Positions 40,901 through 50,806 of a DNA stretch of 50,806 bases are shown here, piece after piece. Position 1 is the first letter of the stretch, and the number at the start of each line of letters is the position of its first letter. Both the position numbers and the translations under genes were made by a program. The notes beneath the pieces are model-generated. The model worked only from the letters and a program-made list of their open reading frames with translations. It was not told the DNA's origin and searched no databases. Source of the stretch: Candidatus Pacearchaeota archaeon (GTDB taxonomy: Archaea > Nanobdellota > Nanobdellia > Pacearchaeales > GW2011-AR1); the NCBI GenBank assembly GCA_019662115.1, contig JAIFVW010000004.1:1-50806 (forward strand), given 5' to 3'.

Positions 40901-41135
40901 TTATTCGCCATAGATGCTTCTTATAACTTCTATCCCTTTTTGAGTAGGAGTATAGGATATTGGAGTCATTTTATTTCCATGCTCCTCAAGGAAACCTGCA
41001 GCATGCAATGCTTGTGCATAGGCAAATGGTGACACGACATCAAAATCTGGGCCTACATGTCCTTCACGTACTGCTCGTTCTAATGTACCAAGACGCTTCT
41101 ACAAACTTTTTCTGGAAGATGTTAAAATCAGTCAT
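40901..41135 (-). pseudogene. Small gene interrupted by a +1 frame change (frameshifted, recoded or sequencing error)
   Basis: The ATG at 41135 (ATGA overlap with the upstream gene) opens a 23-codon frame ending with TGA at 41066-41064. The +1 frame is open from 41098 to TAA at 40903-40901 (65 aa, KRLGTLERAVREGHVGPDFDVVSPFAYAQALHAAGFLEEHGNK...). That frame has no ATG/GTG/TTG start near its beginning. Confidence 0.35.
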
Positions 41136-41326
41136 CCTTTAAGGTCAGAAATACCAAGAAGTATGAAAAGAGCGCCAATCATTATTACAAGCCAGAATAA
41201 TCCGCCTAGGAAGAATGTTCCTGCAGCGTGCCAGAAGTCCCAGCTCCATCCTTGTGAATACCATGCGATTATAATCGCACCAATAACAAGAATCAAACCA
41301 ACAATCAATTCAGTCCACTTGTTCAT
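41132..41326 (-). CDS. Small two-TM, Trp-rich membrane protein
   Basis: MNKWTELIVGLILVIGAIIIAWYSQGWSWDFWHAAGTFFLGGLFWLVIMIGALFILLG. Confidence 0.5.
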   Translation of the reverse strand: MNKWTELIVGLILVIGAIIIAWYSQGWSWDFWHAAGTFFLGGLFWLVIMIGALFILLGISDLKG

Positions 41327-41465
41327 ACTTGTTTTACCATATTTCTGTATTTAAATATTTCTCTTGGTTTTTCACTACTTTTTTTCTGGATGATTCAAGC
41401 TCATTTGGATTATGTTCAAGCTTGTTTGAACTCTTCGATTTATTTATATAGCTAATTTATCTCAA

Positions 41466-42020
41466 ATGCCTATGAGTGACAAATATATAATGGTCGATAT
41501 GGATGATCCAAGGGCTGCGACTATCGCGGATGTGATTTCAAACAAGACTTCTAAAAAGATTCTTTTACTGCTTTCTGAAAAGGAAATGAGTGAAAGTGAG
41601 ATTGCAGATTCATTGCACTTGCCTTTAAACACAATTGGTTACAACATAAAGAAGCTTGTGCATTCTGGCCTTATTGATAAAGTTTCAGGCTTCTTGTGGA
41701 GCACAAAGGGAAAGAGGATTCACAAGTATACATTATCTGAGAAAAAGATAATAATCTCCCCTAGAAAAATGGCAAGAGGAGTTATCCCTTCGGTTCTTAT
41801 TACCGCTTTTATTGCTTTAGGAATAAAGATATACACTCAAACTAAAGCCAACACTCTTATGGCATATTCACCTACATCAAGCTCAGCAGAAATGAAAGCA
41901 ACAGCCGTCCAGCATACTTATGATGCTGTAACTTCATCCAATGCATGGGCTTGGTTCTTCATTGGTGCTCTTGCAGCTTTGAGCATCTATCTGATTTGGA
42001 ATTTTGTGAGGGAGAAATGA
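41466..42020 (+). CDS. Membrane-tethered ArsR-type wHTH regulator
   Basis: wHTH reads KKILLLLSEKEMSESEIADSLHLPLNTIGYNIKKLVHSGLI. Two C-terminal TM helices follow. Confidence 0.7.
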   Translation: MPMSDKYIMVDMDDPRAATIADVISNKTSKKILLLLSEKEMSESEIADSLHLPLNTIGYNIKKLVHSGLIDKVSGFLWSTKGKRIHKYTLSEKKIIISPRKMARGVIPSVLITAFIALGIKIYTQTKANTLMAYSPTSSSAEMKATAVQHTYDAVTSSNAWAWFFIGALAALSIYLIWNFVREK

Positions 42021-44179
42021 AATATAAAACACAACTAGGGTTATTGCTTATAGGATGTATTGTATTAGTTGGAATCATGATATCTTTCCTTAATCAGAAT
42101 GTTACATCCGAAACTAAACTAAGTAATTTCAATTCATATGATGAGATAAAGAGCTTCCTTCAGGCAGCACAAGGAATGCCTTATGGTTCTGGAGAGGGTT
42201 TGGCTAACACTCCGGCTGTTGCAAGCGCAGATTCCAAGTCCGCAGCTGGAGCAGCCTACAGCACTACCAATAATCAGGTTGATGGAGTTGATGAGGCTGA
42301 TATCGTCAAGAATGATGGCAAATACATATACACAGTGGCTGGAAATAATGTAATTATTGTTGATGCCGACCCTAATAATATGAAGATAATAGGAAATATA
42401 TCATTTGAGCAGAATGTAAGAAATATTTTCATAAATGGGGACAAACTTGTCGTCTTTCAGGATAGCTATGGGTATGCCTCACCTAAAGCTGCTGCTGTTG
42501 AAGGGGATTCTTCAGCTGCTATTACTCGTCCTTGCTTCTATGGGGGATGTGGAGGCTATGCGCAACGGACCATGATCTATGTCTATGATACTTCAGATAA
42601 GAAGAATCCAAGCCTTAAACTAAATATGTCTGCTGATGGAAACTATGTTGAATCCAGAATGATAGGCGATTATATCTATCTTATAAATTCGCAGTATGCA
42701 AACATAGATAACCCTATGCCTATGTATTCTCTTAATGGTATTGAAAAGTCAATGCCTCCCCAGGACTTTTATTATTTTGACTACCCTGATAGAGATTATG
42801 TTTTCACATCTGTTTTTGCTGTAAATATCAATGATTATAATGTTGAAAGCAAAGTTTATTTGACCGGGGCTACTGAAACAACCTTTGTCTCAGAGAACAA
42901 TATTTACATTACATCAATGAAGACTATAGATTATAATGATTATCAGAGGAGATTTGTTAATGACGCCTATCTTCCTTTATTGCCAAGTGGCGAGCAGCAG
43001 AAAATCAAGGAGATACTTAATTCTGACAAGTTGGGATATGAAAAATATAACGAGATAGACAAGACTATACAGGATTATTCACTTTCATTGAGGGGAGCTG
43101 ATAAGGATGAATTTGACAGTAAGCTGATGAAAGCACAACAGAATTTTGCAGAGAGTATACAGAAAGAGCAGGAAAGAACGGTAATACATAAGATACATAT
43201 TTCTGGGGATAACATAGAATATGTTGAGCAGGGAGAGGTGCCTGGTAGAACTCTTAATCAATTCTCTATGGATGAGTATAAGGGAAACTTAAGAATTGCA
43301 ACCACAACTGGAAACACATGGGAAGGGAAGAGCTCAAACAATTTCTATATATTAGATAAGAATATGAATGTAATCGGTAAAGTCGAAGATCTTGCAAAGG
43401 GAGAAAGCATATACTCGGCTAGATTTTTAGGTGATCGAGCTTACTTAGTTACTTTTAAGAGTATTGATCCATTATTTGTCATTGACGCAAGCAATCCTAC
43501 AAATCCTAGGGTATTAGGATATCTGAAGATTCCAGGATACTCAAACTACCTTCATCCTTATGATGAAAATCATGTAATTGGAATAGGAAAGGATGTTAAC
43601 GAAAGTATAGATGCAGATAAAGTTCATAGTGAAGGTGCGGTCTATTATACTGCTGTTGGAGGAATTAAGGTCTCATTATTTGATGTTTCAGATGTGGAAA
43701 ATCCAAAAGAGCAGGCAAAGATAGTTATTGGAGAAAGAGGAAGCGATAGTCTTGCCTTGCAGGATCATAAAGCAGTTTTGTTTGACAAGGAGAAAGGCCT
43801 TCTTGTAATTCCTGCGCTTCTGATGGAAATTAATACAACTGGAGACTATGATTATTCATTGCCGGTATGGCAAGGAGCAGTTGTACTTAATATAGACTCT
43901 TCAAGCATAAGTGAAAAAGGAAGAATCACTCATTTTGAAAATGTAAACAATACATGGGAATGGTATAGTGACCAATATAGTATTAAGAGATCGTTGTATA
44001 TTGATGATACATTGTATACTATCTCTTCAGGAATGATAAAGGCCAACGACTTGAAAGATTTGAACGAGATAGGCAATGTTACCTTTCCTTATCAACAGCA
44101 GATTTATTATGGATATGGCGGAGGCGTGGGCATTGCAGCTACGGGACCTAAGAGGGTTGAAGGCGACCCACTTGAATAG
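42017..44179 (+). CDS. Secreted beta-propeller domain protein (COG4880/Beta_propel family)
   Basis: The ATG at 42017 overlaps the ArsR stop (ATGA). A signal anchor is followed by YSTTNNQVDGVDEADIVKNDGKYIY and a C-terminal propeller region. Confidence 0.75.
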   Translation: MKYKTQLGLLLIGCIVLVGIMISFLNQNVTSETKLSNFNSYDEIKSFLQAAQGMPYGSGEGLANTPAVASADSKSAAGAAYSTTNNQVDGVDEADIVKNDGKYIYTVAGNNVIIVDADPNNMKIIGNISFEQNVRNIFINGDKLVVFQDSYGYASPKAAAVEGDSSAAITRPCFYGGCGGYAQRTMIYVYDTSDKKNPSLKLNMSADGNYVESRMIGDYIYLINSQYANIDNPMPMYSLNGIEKSMPPQDFYYFDYPDRDYVFTSVFAVNINDYNVESKVYLTGATETTFVSENNIYITSMKTIDYNDYQRRFVNDAYLPLLPSGEQQKIKEILNSDKLGYEKYNEIDKTIQDYSLSLRGADKDEFDSKLMKAQQNFAESIQKEQERTVIHKIHISGDNIEYVEQGEVPGRTLNQFSMDEYKGNLRIATTTGNTWEGKSSNNFYILDKNMNVIGKVEDLAKGESIYSARFLGDRAYLVTFKSIDPLFVIDASNPTNPRVLGYLKIPGYSNYLHPYDENHVIGIGKDVNESIDADKVHSEGAVYYTAVGGIKVSLFDVSDVENPKEQAKIVIGERGSDSLALQDHKAVLFDKEKGLLVIPALLMEINTTGDYDYSLPVWQGAVVLNIDSSSISEKGRITHFENVNNTWEWYSDQYSIKRSLYIDDTLYTISSGMIKANDLKDLNEIGNVTFPYQQQIYYGYGGGVGIAATGPKRVEGDPLE

Positions 44180-44245
44180 TTAGGAATGCTTGTAAAATCT
44201 CAAAAATAACAATAAAGTTTAAATAATAGATTTCTATGAAAGTTT

Positions 44246-45850
44246 ATGAAAAGAGCGGGTGCTGCGGCATTGATTGTTGTATGCTCTTTGTTGTGTGTTT
44301 CTCTTGCTAGTGCTTTCTGGCCTTTTGACAAGTTTACTGGATTTGCACTCTTTTCTCATAAGGCAGGTCCTATAGAAAAACAACTGAGCGATCTTGGAAT
44401 AACTAAGGAGCAACTTACTGCTATTATTGGTGAGGATCATGAAAGCGACACCGGTGGTTTTGATGTTTGGGATCCGGCAGACGTATCCGAGTGGACCAAT
44501 GCGAAGAATCCAAAGCATTACTTTGCTAAATGCACTGGTGAGAAAGAAACTTTAAAGCTTTCTGGAAAATCCATTGAAGTCTCCGACACTATTGAATTAC
44601 CTGGACAAGAATATACGGAAGGCATTTACTCTCGCACCTTTAGTGCCAAGCAATTAGGCTCTGGATTCTGTATAAAGCAGAAGATAACTTCTTTTAATCC
44701 CAAGAAAACTGCAACAAGCGCGCGATGGGTTTCAATCGATGGCTATCCTCAACTTGATATAAGATATCCATTTGTTGGCTCTGATGCATCTTATACCGAA
44801 ACATCTGAATGCTCTGACAGCGATCAGGGTATTAACTTCCATAAAGCTGGTGCTATCAAATCTGTTCGACCTGGAAGTCCTGTTCGCTATATCGGAGACT
44901 ATTGCGATGGTGATACTATTGTCGAATCATTATGCCAGAGACAATCTGTTGAGCACGGAGATGGTTATGCAGCACAATTTAGCGCAGTAGTTGGAATCCA
45001 TGTTGGTCCAGGGCACTGTGTTGCAACTGAAGCAACTATTGATGGCAAGAAGGTAAAGAGTGCAAAATGGGTTGATGAGAGAGAGGCTTCTGCAGATAAG
45101 CCGGTAAAGCTGATATTCACCAGTCCTGACTGGAATGGGCAAGATGTTACTATCGGAGGCCGTCGATACTCGGTTGGTTTATCTCCTCTTTCTAGCGGTT
45201 CGGTAACCGTTGGTGTATCAACAGGAGTAGGATTGGCTGAAGTTTCTGATGACAAGGAGATTAAGATAGGCAGCACTCAAGTTGTTAATGGTTTAACAAT
45301 TTCCGTTCTTAATATTAGTGAAACTGATAGTGGAACTACTATTATCATCAAAGTGGGTGGAAATGCTCCTTCTACTCCTTCGACAAATCCTTCATCTACG
45401 GGTTCAACGACAACTAAGAACACTACAACCGCTACAAATACTCCAACCACCACGAAACCATCAACCTCGCCTCCTCCATCGCGATGCAATGGTTATACGG
45501 CAAAAGAATCATGCATAGGGCCTGGAAATATTGATGTTGCAAAGCTTGGACAACGATGGGATGATTTTGGGTGCGGAAAGAATGTTCTCGGCAAATTCAT
45601 ACAATGCGGATGCTATTGGGAGCAGGCCAGCCTGATCGATTCAAGCCCTCATTGCACGACCGGACCTGCTACTTCCGCAACAAACTTCAAAGCATGGTTC
45701 CAGGTTGATGATAAACAAAACTGCATAGAAAAAGTAGGAACTGTTAATTTACGTATTGAAGGAAGCGTTGCAAAGTGTGCATGCCCTAGCGACACCATAC
45801 AGACCCTTGCTCCTGGAAAAGGCGGCTACTATTTGTGCTTGAAGAGATAA
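44246..45850 (+). CDS. Secreted protein: signal peptide, N-terminal domain, Thr/Pro/Ser-rich linker, 10-Cys C-terminal domain
   Basis: Signal peptide MKRAGAAALIVVCSLLCVSLASA. Linker PSTPSTNPSSTGSTTTKNTTTATNTPTTTKPSTSPPPS. GC looks higher than in neighbouring genes, and three long antisense ORFs are open there. Confidence 0.7.
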   Translation: MKRAGAAALIVVCSLLCVSLASAFWPFDKFTGFALFSHKAGPIEKQLSDLGITKEQLTAIIGEDHESDTGGFDVWDPADVSEWTNAKNPKHYFAKCTGEKETLKLSGKSIEVSDTIELPGQEYTEGIYSRTFSAKQLGSGFCIKQKITSFNPKKTATSARWVSIDGYPQLDIRYPFVGSDASYTETSECSDSDQGINFHKAGAIKSVRPGSPVRYIGDYCDGDTIVESLCQRQSVEHGDGYAAQFSAVVGIHVGPGHCVATEATIDGKKVKSAKWVDEREASADKPVKLIFTSPDWNGQDVTIGGRRYSVGLSPLSSGSVTVGVSTGVGLAEVSDDKEIKIGSTQVVNGLTISVLNISETDSGTTIIIKVGGNAPSTPSTNPSSTGSTTTKNTTTATNTPTTTKPSTSPPPSRCNGYTAKESCIGPGNIDVAKLGQRWDDFGCGKNVLGKFIQCGCYWEQASLIDSSPHCTTGPATSATNFKAWFQVDDKQNCIEKVGTVNLRIEGSVAKCACPSDTIQTLAPGKGGYYLCLKR

Positions 45851-45884
45851 GCAGGTTTAAATAGGGACAGAAAGATTTTCTCCT

Positions 45885-46949
45885 ATGTTGACTGAAACTC
45901 AGATGGAAGAGATAAAAGAGCATCTTTCCAAGGCGCAAAATCCTCTTTTCTTTTACGATAACGACGCAGATGGATTATGCAGTTTTTTGATTTTAAGAAG
46001 ATATATTGGAAGAGGAAAAGGTATTGCAGTTAGAAGCTATCCTGATTTAAATGCCTCTTATGCTAAAAGAGCGCAGGAATTAAATGCCGATTATGTTTTT
46101 GTGCTTGACAAGCCTTTGATTTCCAAGGAGTTTGTAGAAGAGATACAAAGGATGCAGCTTCCACTTGTTTGGATTGACCATCATTCTGTCTCTTTGGATA
46201 ATTTTTCTCAGGAGTTCCAGAACGTGCATATTTACAATCCTTCTCGCTTGAAAGGCAAAAACAAAAGTGAGGAACCTGTTACTTATCTTTCCTACATGAT
46301 CACCAAAAGAAAGGAAGATTTATGGATTGCTATCATGGGTTGTGTTGCAGATCATTATATGCCTTCTTTTGCCAAGGAATTTGGGAAAATGTATCCAGAA
46401 TTTTGGGCAAAAAATGTCAAAAAGCCTTTTGATGTTTATTACAGGACTGAGATAGGAAGAATTGCCCAGTCTCTTAACTTTGGATTAAAAGATTCTATAA
46501 GCCATACTGTGGCATTCCAGAATTTCCTTATTCAATGCGTTGGGCCTGAAGAGGTTTTTTCTGAAACTTTAGGAAATCATTCATTCAGGGAGAAGTATCA
46601 TGCCTTGCGCAGGAAATACGATTCGCTTCTTGCACAGGCAGAAGAGAACACTAAGAGCAAGGTCGTATTTTTTGAATATGGGGGAGATGTAAGTATGAGT
46701 TCAGAGCTTTCCAATGAACTATCATACAAATATCCCAATAAGTATATTGTCGTAGCCTACACAAACGGACCTATAACAAACATTTCTCTCCGCGGAAAAA
46801 ATGTCAAAAAAATCTTGGAGAAGATTATAGGAAATTTCGAAGGGGCTACCGGGGGAGGCCATGAAAACGCTGTAGGATCGAGAATAAAGAGCTCGGATAT
46901 AGGATTGTTCAAGGAATTATTGGAAAAGGAGAGTGGCAATGGAAGTTAG
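45885..46949 (+). CDS. DHH/DHHA1-family phosphoesterase (NrnA/RecJ-like)
   Basis: Contains YDNDADGL, WIDHHS and the DHHA1 motif GGGHENAVGS. Confidence 0.7.
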   Translation: MLTETQMEEIKEHLSKAQNPLFFYDNDADGLCSFLILRRYIGRGKGIAVRSYPDLNASYAKRAQELNADYVFVLDKPLISKEFVEEIQRMQLPLVWIDHHSVSLDNFSQEFQNVHIYNPSRLKGKNKSEEPVTYLSYMITKRKEDLWIAIMGCVADHYMPSFAKEFGKMYPEFWAKNVKKPFDVYYRTEIGRIAQSLNFGLKDSISHTVAFQNFLIQCVGPEEVFSETLGNHSFREKYHALRRKYDSLLAQAEENTKSKVVFFEYGGDVSMSSELSNELSYKYPNKYIVVAYTNGPITNISLRGKNVKKILEKIIGNFEGATGGGHENAVGSRIKSSDIGLFKELLEKESGNGS

Positions 46950-47283
46950 AGCAAAAATTTATGGAAGAGTACAAGGTGTTACATTCAGGAAGCAAGTCCA
47001 GAGCTTCGCCATAAAAGAAGATATAAGAGGATATGTTGAAAATAATGATGATGGAAGTGTGTTTGTGCTTGCTCAGGGGGCTGAAGGAAAACTTAAGAGG
47101 CTAATAGAGTGGATAAAATCTAGTCCTGGGATTTCAGAGGTAAGCAATGTTGTTTCATCCTTCAGGAAATCAACTAGACCATATTTTTCCTTTGCCATAA
47201 GAAAGAAAAGGCCTTTTTTGCAAGATCAGATGAAAAGTATTTTCCATCTTATAAAAAATTTTATTGGAGCAGGCAATGACTAA
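46939..47283 (+). CDS. acyP: Acylphosphatase with a C-terminal extension
   Basis: VRAKIYGRVQGVTFRKQVQSFAIKEDIRGYVENNDDGSV. AGGAG lies 7 nt before the ATG at 46939. Confidence 0.75.
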   Translation: MEVRAKIYGRVQGVTFRKQVQSFAIKEDIRGYVENNDDGSVFVLAQGAEGKLKRLIEWIKSSPGISEVSNVVSSFRKSTRPYFSFAIRKKRPFLQDQMKSIFHLIKNFIGAGND

Positions 47284-47965
47284 TCCCTTGCATATAGCAA
47301 TTATTCCAGATGGAAACAGAAGATGGGCGCGTCAGCATGGACTTGGAATTCTAATGGGGCACTCTGTTGGTGCAAAGAGTGAGCATTTAAAGTCACTTCT
47401 TGAGAAGGCAAAAGATCTTGGTGCCAAGTATATGAGCTTATGGGGATTTTCTACTGAAAATTGGAAAAGAGACAAGAAGGAAATTGAAAAGCTGTTCCAG
47501 ATTATTTCTGATGTTATAGATTCATTGATAGATGAAGCTCATGCAAAAAACATACGCTGTACACATATAGGCAGGAAAGACAGGATACCTGAGTTTTTAA
47601 GGAAGAAGATTGAGATGCTCCAAGAGGACACTCAGCAATATGAAGATTTTCATGTCTTAATAGGGGTTGATTACGGAGGAAGGGATGAGATTATACGTGC
47701 ATGCGCAAAAATCGCTGCAAAGCATCCTCCTCAGCTTACAGAGGAGACTTTTTCCTCCTATCTTGACACTGCAGGAATTCCCGATCCAGATCTTATAATA
47801 AGAACAGGAGGAAATAAGAGAACTTCTGGATTTATGCCTTATCAGTCAACATACTCCGAGTGGCATTTCACTGAAACCTTTTTTCCTGATTTTGGCCCTC
47901 AGGAGCTGGAGAAAGTTGTTGAAGAATTTAAGCAAAGGCAGAGAAGATTCGGCGGAACCCGCTAA
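47264..47965 (+). CDS. uppS: Undecaprenyl-diphosphate synthase-type cis-prenyltransferase
   Basis: Contains [13 protein letters not shown] and LIIRTGG, with RRFG near the C-terminus. Confidence 0.9.
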   Translation: MEQAMTNPLHIAIIPDGNRRWARQHGLGILMGHSVGAKSEHLKSLLEKAKDLGAKYMSLWGFSTENWKRDKKEIEKLFQIISDVIDSLIDEAHAKNIRCTHIGRKDRIPEFLRKKIEMLQEDTQQYEDFHVLIGVDYGGRDEIIRACAKIAAKHPPQLTEETFSSYLDTAGIPDPDLIIRTGGNKRTSGFMPYQSTYSEWHFTETFFPDFGPQELEKVVEEFKQRQRRFGGTR

Positions 47966-47982
47966 AGATTTATATACAAACA

Positions 47983-48978
47983 ATGAGAATTTTTGATATG
48001 GACAAGGAAAAAACTGCAAGAAAGAACTTATTGCGTGAGGGGAAAGATATTTCTGGAATTAAGATAAGAGGATATGACTTTAATGAAGGGATTGATTATC
48101 AGAAGATTCTAAAGAGTTTTTCATTTACAGGATATCAGGCAAGCAATTTCTCCAGCGCGGTAGAGATCGTTAATGCAATGATAAAAGACAAGGCAACTAT
48201 ATTTTTGGGATACACCTCTAACATGGTAAGCTCTGGATTAAGAGAGGTTTTTAGGTACTTAGTTGAACACAAGAAAGTTGACATCATAGTTACGACTGCT
48301 GGAGGAATTGAAGAGGATATAATCAAGTGCCTTGGAGATTTTATTCTTGGGGATTTCAGAGCCTCAGGAAAAGATCTTAGAAGTAAGGGAATCAATAGAA
48401 TTGGAAATATATTTGTCCCCAATTCGAGATATGTTGCATTTGAGAAATTTTTCCAGCCAATTCTAGAAGAAATGTATCAGGAGCAGGCTAGAGGGATAAG
48501 GCATTCTCCATCTGACATTATATGGAAGCTTGGAGAGAGGATCAACAATAAAGACAGTATTTGTTACTGGGCCTGGAAGAACAAAATTAGGATTTTTTGT
48601 CCAGCATTGACGGATGGAGCTTTAGGGGACAATGTTTATTTTTTCAAGTTTAAAAGGCCTCAATTCATTATTGATATTGCTGAAGACACAAAGAGGCTTA
48701 ATGATACAACTATCGGATTGAAGAAGTCTGGACTTATAATTTTAGGTTCGGGAGTGGTGAAGCACTCTATATTAAATGCCAACATGCTTAGAAATGGCGC
48801 TGATTATGCAGTTTACATAAATACCGCACAAGAATTTGATGGAAGTGATGCTGGAGCAATGCCTGAAGAGGCAGTCTCTTGGGGTAAACTCCTTGCAGGA
48901 GCCAAAGCAGTCAAAGTATTTGCAGATGTAACTATAGTATTTCCGCTCCTAGTTGCCGAGACATTTGCTAGAGGTTAG
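47983..48978 (+). CDS. dys: Deoxyhypusine synthase
   Basis: Contains [42 protein letters not shown] and EAVSWGK. Confidence 0.9.
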   Translation: MRIFDMDKEKTARKNLLREGKDISGIKIRGYDFNEGIDYQKILKSFSFTGYQASNFSSAVEIVNAMIKDKATIFLGYTSNMVSSGLREVFRYLVEHKKVDIIVTTAGGIEEDIIKCLGDFILGDFRASGKDLRSKGINRIGNIFVPNSRYVAFEKFFQPILEEMYQEQARGIRHSPSDIIWKLGERINNKDSICYWAWKNKIRIFCPALTDGALGDNVYFFKFKRPQFIIDIAEDTKRLNDTTIGLKKSGLIILGSGVVKHSILNANMLRNGADYAVYINTAQEFDGSDAGAMPEEAVSWGKLLAGAKAVKVFADVTIVFPLLVAETFARG

Positions 48979-49009
48979 GAATGTTTTTATATCATTTTCT
49001 CTTGCTGCT

Positions 49010-50365
49010 ATGATGAAGAATGAAGGAATGATAGGGCTGGAGATACATACTTATTTGCTGACAAGAGAGAAATTGTTTTGCCCTTGCATTGCTTCTAGAA
49101 AAAAAGGACTGAAGCCGAATACCTATATATGCCCTATATGCACAGGACAGCCAGGGGCAAAGCCAATGCTTCCTAACAAGAAGGCTGTGGAGAAAGCTGT
49201 ACAAATTGGATTAATGCTAGGATGCAAAATTCATGATAATATGGTTTGGCAGAGGAAGCACTATGATTGGCCAGACCTGCCAAAGGGATATCAAAACACT
49301 CTTTCAGGCGGAAGCACTTTTCCTGTAGGGAGCAAAGGAAAGTTTTATGGTATAAATATTTCTAGCATGCATTTGGAAGAAGACCCTGCCTCATGGGACC
49401 CAGATAAAGGAGAAATAGATTATAACAGGTCAGGACTTCCTTTAGTGGAGATTGTGACTTCTCCAGATTTTACAGCTTCGGAAGAAGTTGTTGACTGGCT
49501 TAAGAGATTAACTCATGCATTATCTTACCTAAAGGCTGCTGATTCTGATGCCGGAATAAAAGTCGACGTTAATGTAAGCATAAGAGGCAAGACCCAAAGA
49601 GTAGAAGTAAAGAACATTAATTCCTTAGAAGGTGTTCAGAAGGCGATTGAGTATGAACTTGAAAGGCAGGAAAAGGAAGGAGGTATAAGGGAAACAAGAA
49701 GATTTGATGAGAAGAAAGGAAAAACTATGAAGATGAGAGAGAAGGAGAGCCAGGATGACTACAGATTCATAAGCGATCCAGACTTAATGCCTCTAGTTTT
49801 GGATGGAAAGTTCGTAGAAATTTTGAGGAAGAGCCTACCTGAATCTCCAGAGAAGAAGCTTGAAAAGCTGATTAAGAAATATCATGTTGATGAAAAGAAT
49901 GCCTCTATTCTCACCAAGCATATTGACGTTGCGGAATTTTTTGAGAAAGTAGCGGAGAAAATAGACCCTTTATTTGCCCTGCCATGGGTGACTGTTGAGC
50001 TACTTAGATTTTTGAATTATCGTTCAAAAAAGCTTGATGAGGTTGATATCAGTGTTGAGCATTTTGTCGCTCTTCTTAGTCTTGTTAAGCAGGGAAAGAT
50101 CACACCTCTAAAGGCAAAGGATATACTAAATCAGTTTTATCCTAAGAGCTTCATGCCAAAAGAGATTGAAGGAAAAATAAGCGATATAAAAGAATTGGAA
50201 AAATTTGCCAAGGAGGCTATCGCACATAATTCCAAGGCAGCTAGTGATTATAAGTCAGGAGACAAAAACGCCATCAATTTCTTGATGGGTGCAATAATGA
50301 AGATGACAAACAAAAGGGCTGATTTCGCAAAGACAAAAGAAATACTTATTAGGCTCTTAAAGTGA
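49010..50365 (+). CDS. gatB: Asp/Glu-tRNA amidotransferase subunit B
   Basis: Contains MIGLEIHTYL, KLFCPC, CPICTGQPGAKP and HLEEDP. The internal start MMKNEG avoids overlapping the dys gene. Confidence 0.85.
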   Translation: MMKNEGMIGLEIHTYLLTREKLFCPCIASRKKGLKPNTYICPICTGQPGAKPMLPNKKAVEKAVQIGLMLGCKIHDNMVWQRKHYDWPDLPKGYQNTLSGGSTFPVGSKGKFYGINISSMHLEEDPASWDPDKGEIDYNRSGLPLVEIVTSPDFTASEEVVDWLKRLTHALSYLKAADSDAGIKVDVNVSIRGKTQRVEVKNINSLEGVQKAIEYELERQEKEGGIRETRRFDEKKGKTMKMREKESQDDYRFISDPDLMPLVLDGKFVEILRKSLPESPEKKLEKLIKKYHVDEKNASILTKHIDVAEFFEKVAEKIDPLFALPWVTVELLRFLNYRSKKLDEVDISVEHFVALLSLVKQGKITPLKAKDILNQFYPKSFMPKEIEGKISDIKELEKFAKEAIAHNSKAASDYKSGDKNAINFLMGAIMKMTNKRADFAKTKEILIRLLK

Positions 50366-50806
50366 TTATTATTTCTGCTGCACTGGCACAGATGAATACT
50401 ATTATCATAATATAAGCTGATATCTTTGAATAGGGCATTGAATATTCTGGCTTTCTGTTTCCATGTTTCTTTGCCTCGCTGACCATAAGAAGAATCAGTA
50501 TTGCCGCAAGAGCTCCAGACACAACTCCTCCAATGCCTAAGATTTTGATGAAGTCTGCCTGGTTAAATATCTCTAACAATACTAGAAGGATTATCGGGAC
50601 GGAAATTGTGTAGATCCATGAACTTACTTTTCTTTTTTTCAGATCCTTATGGAATGTTTGAGTTAGAGCTATTGAAAGTGCAAGATAGGCATTGAACATT
50701 GTTATTATTCCTAAAAGGATAAATGGCTTTCCAAGTGCAATTGTTGCGAGTTTTGGGGTTTGATTTCCTTTAAATCCTATAACAAGGAAGGCAAAAATTA
50801 TGTACA
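50349..50806 (-). CDS. Polytopic membrane protein, 5' end outside the window
   Basis: The frame stays open upstream of the track Met (50699) to the window edge, reading ...YIIFAFLVIGFKGNQTPKLATIALGKPFILLGIIT-MFNAY. Confidence 0.6.
   Translation of the reverse strand, partial: YIIFAFLVIGFKGNQTPKLATIALGKPFILLGIITMFNAYLALSIALTQTFHKDLKKRKVSSWIYTISVPIILLVLLEIFNQADFIKILGIGGVVSGALAAILILLMVSEAKKHGNRKPEYSMPYSKISAYIMIIVFICASAAEIIITLRA

Noticed and set aside
40960-41142. 60-aa plus-strand track ORF
   Set aside because: It is antisense to the ATGA-coupled small gene or pseudogene. Its His/Leu/Val-rich composition is implausible, and no promoter or SD is present.
41945-42016. Upstream extension of the beta-propeller ORF overlapping the ArsR-type gene
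   Set aside because: The ATG at 42017 gives a normal signal anchor (MKYKTQLGLLLIGCIVLVGIMI), follows a GGAG and forms an ATGA overlap with the upstream stop. The extension has no such support.

Overview
AT-rich, very compact archaeal window, probably from a small DPANN-like genome (lineage is inference). Archaeal markers are TBP, TFE-alpha, RpoL, aIF-1A, S17e, EndA, RadB, ATP-dependent DNA ligase and deoxyhypusine synthase. Genes often overlap by 4 nt, and many look leaderless, with a TATA-like box about 25-30 nt before the ATG. The main result is in the first 10.8 kb, where the supplied ORF track shows only short fragments. I checked every codon of one minus-strand frame from nt 10830 (ATG) to nt 1 and found no stop. 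That is at least 3610 codons of a giant membrane-anchored surface protein, truncated by the window edge. It has three LamG-like lectin domains, a NosD/PbH1-type beta-helix, Ig-like modules, dense N-glycosylation sequons and a 1.94 kb internal duplication. The remaining ~40 kb is mostly housekeeping: GlyRS, bacterial-type LeuRS, a short bacterial-type AlaRS, GatB, UppS/UppP, DHS and a RadB-ligase-NreA neighbourhood. Two tRNA genes are present, and one lies inside the 5' extension of a track ORF. There are also several unlisted small ORFs and a surface-protein cluster headed by a membrane-tethered ArsR-type regulator. No CRISPR array, transposase, integrase or rRNA was seen. All product calls rest on motif recognition by eye; no database search was possible.
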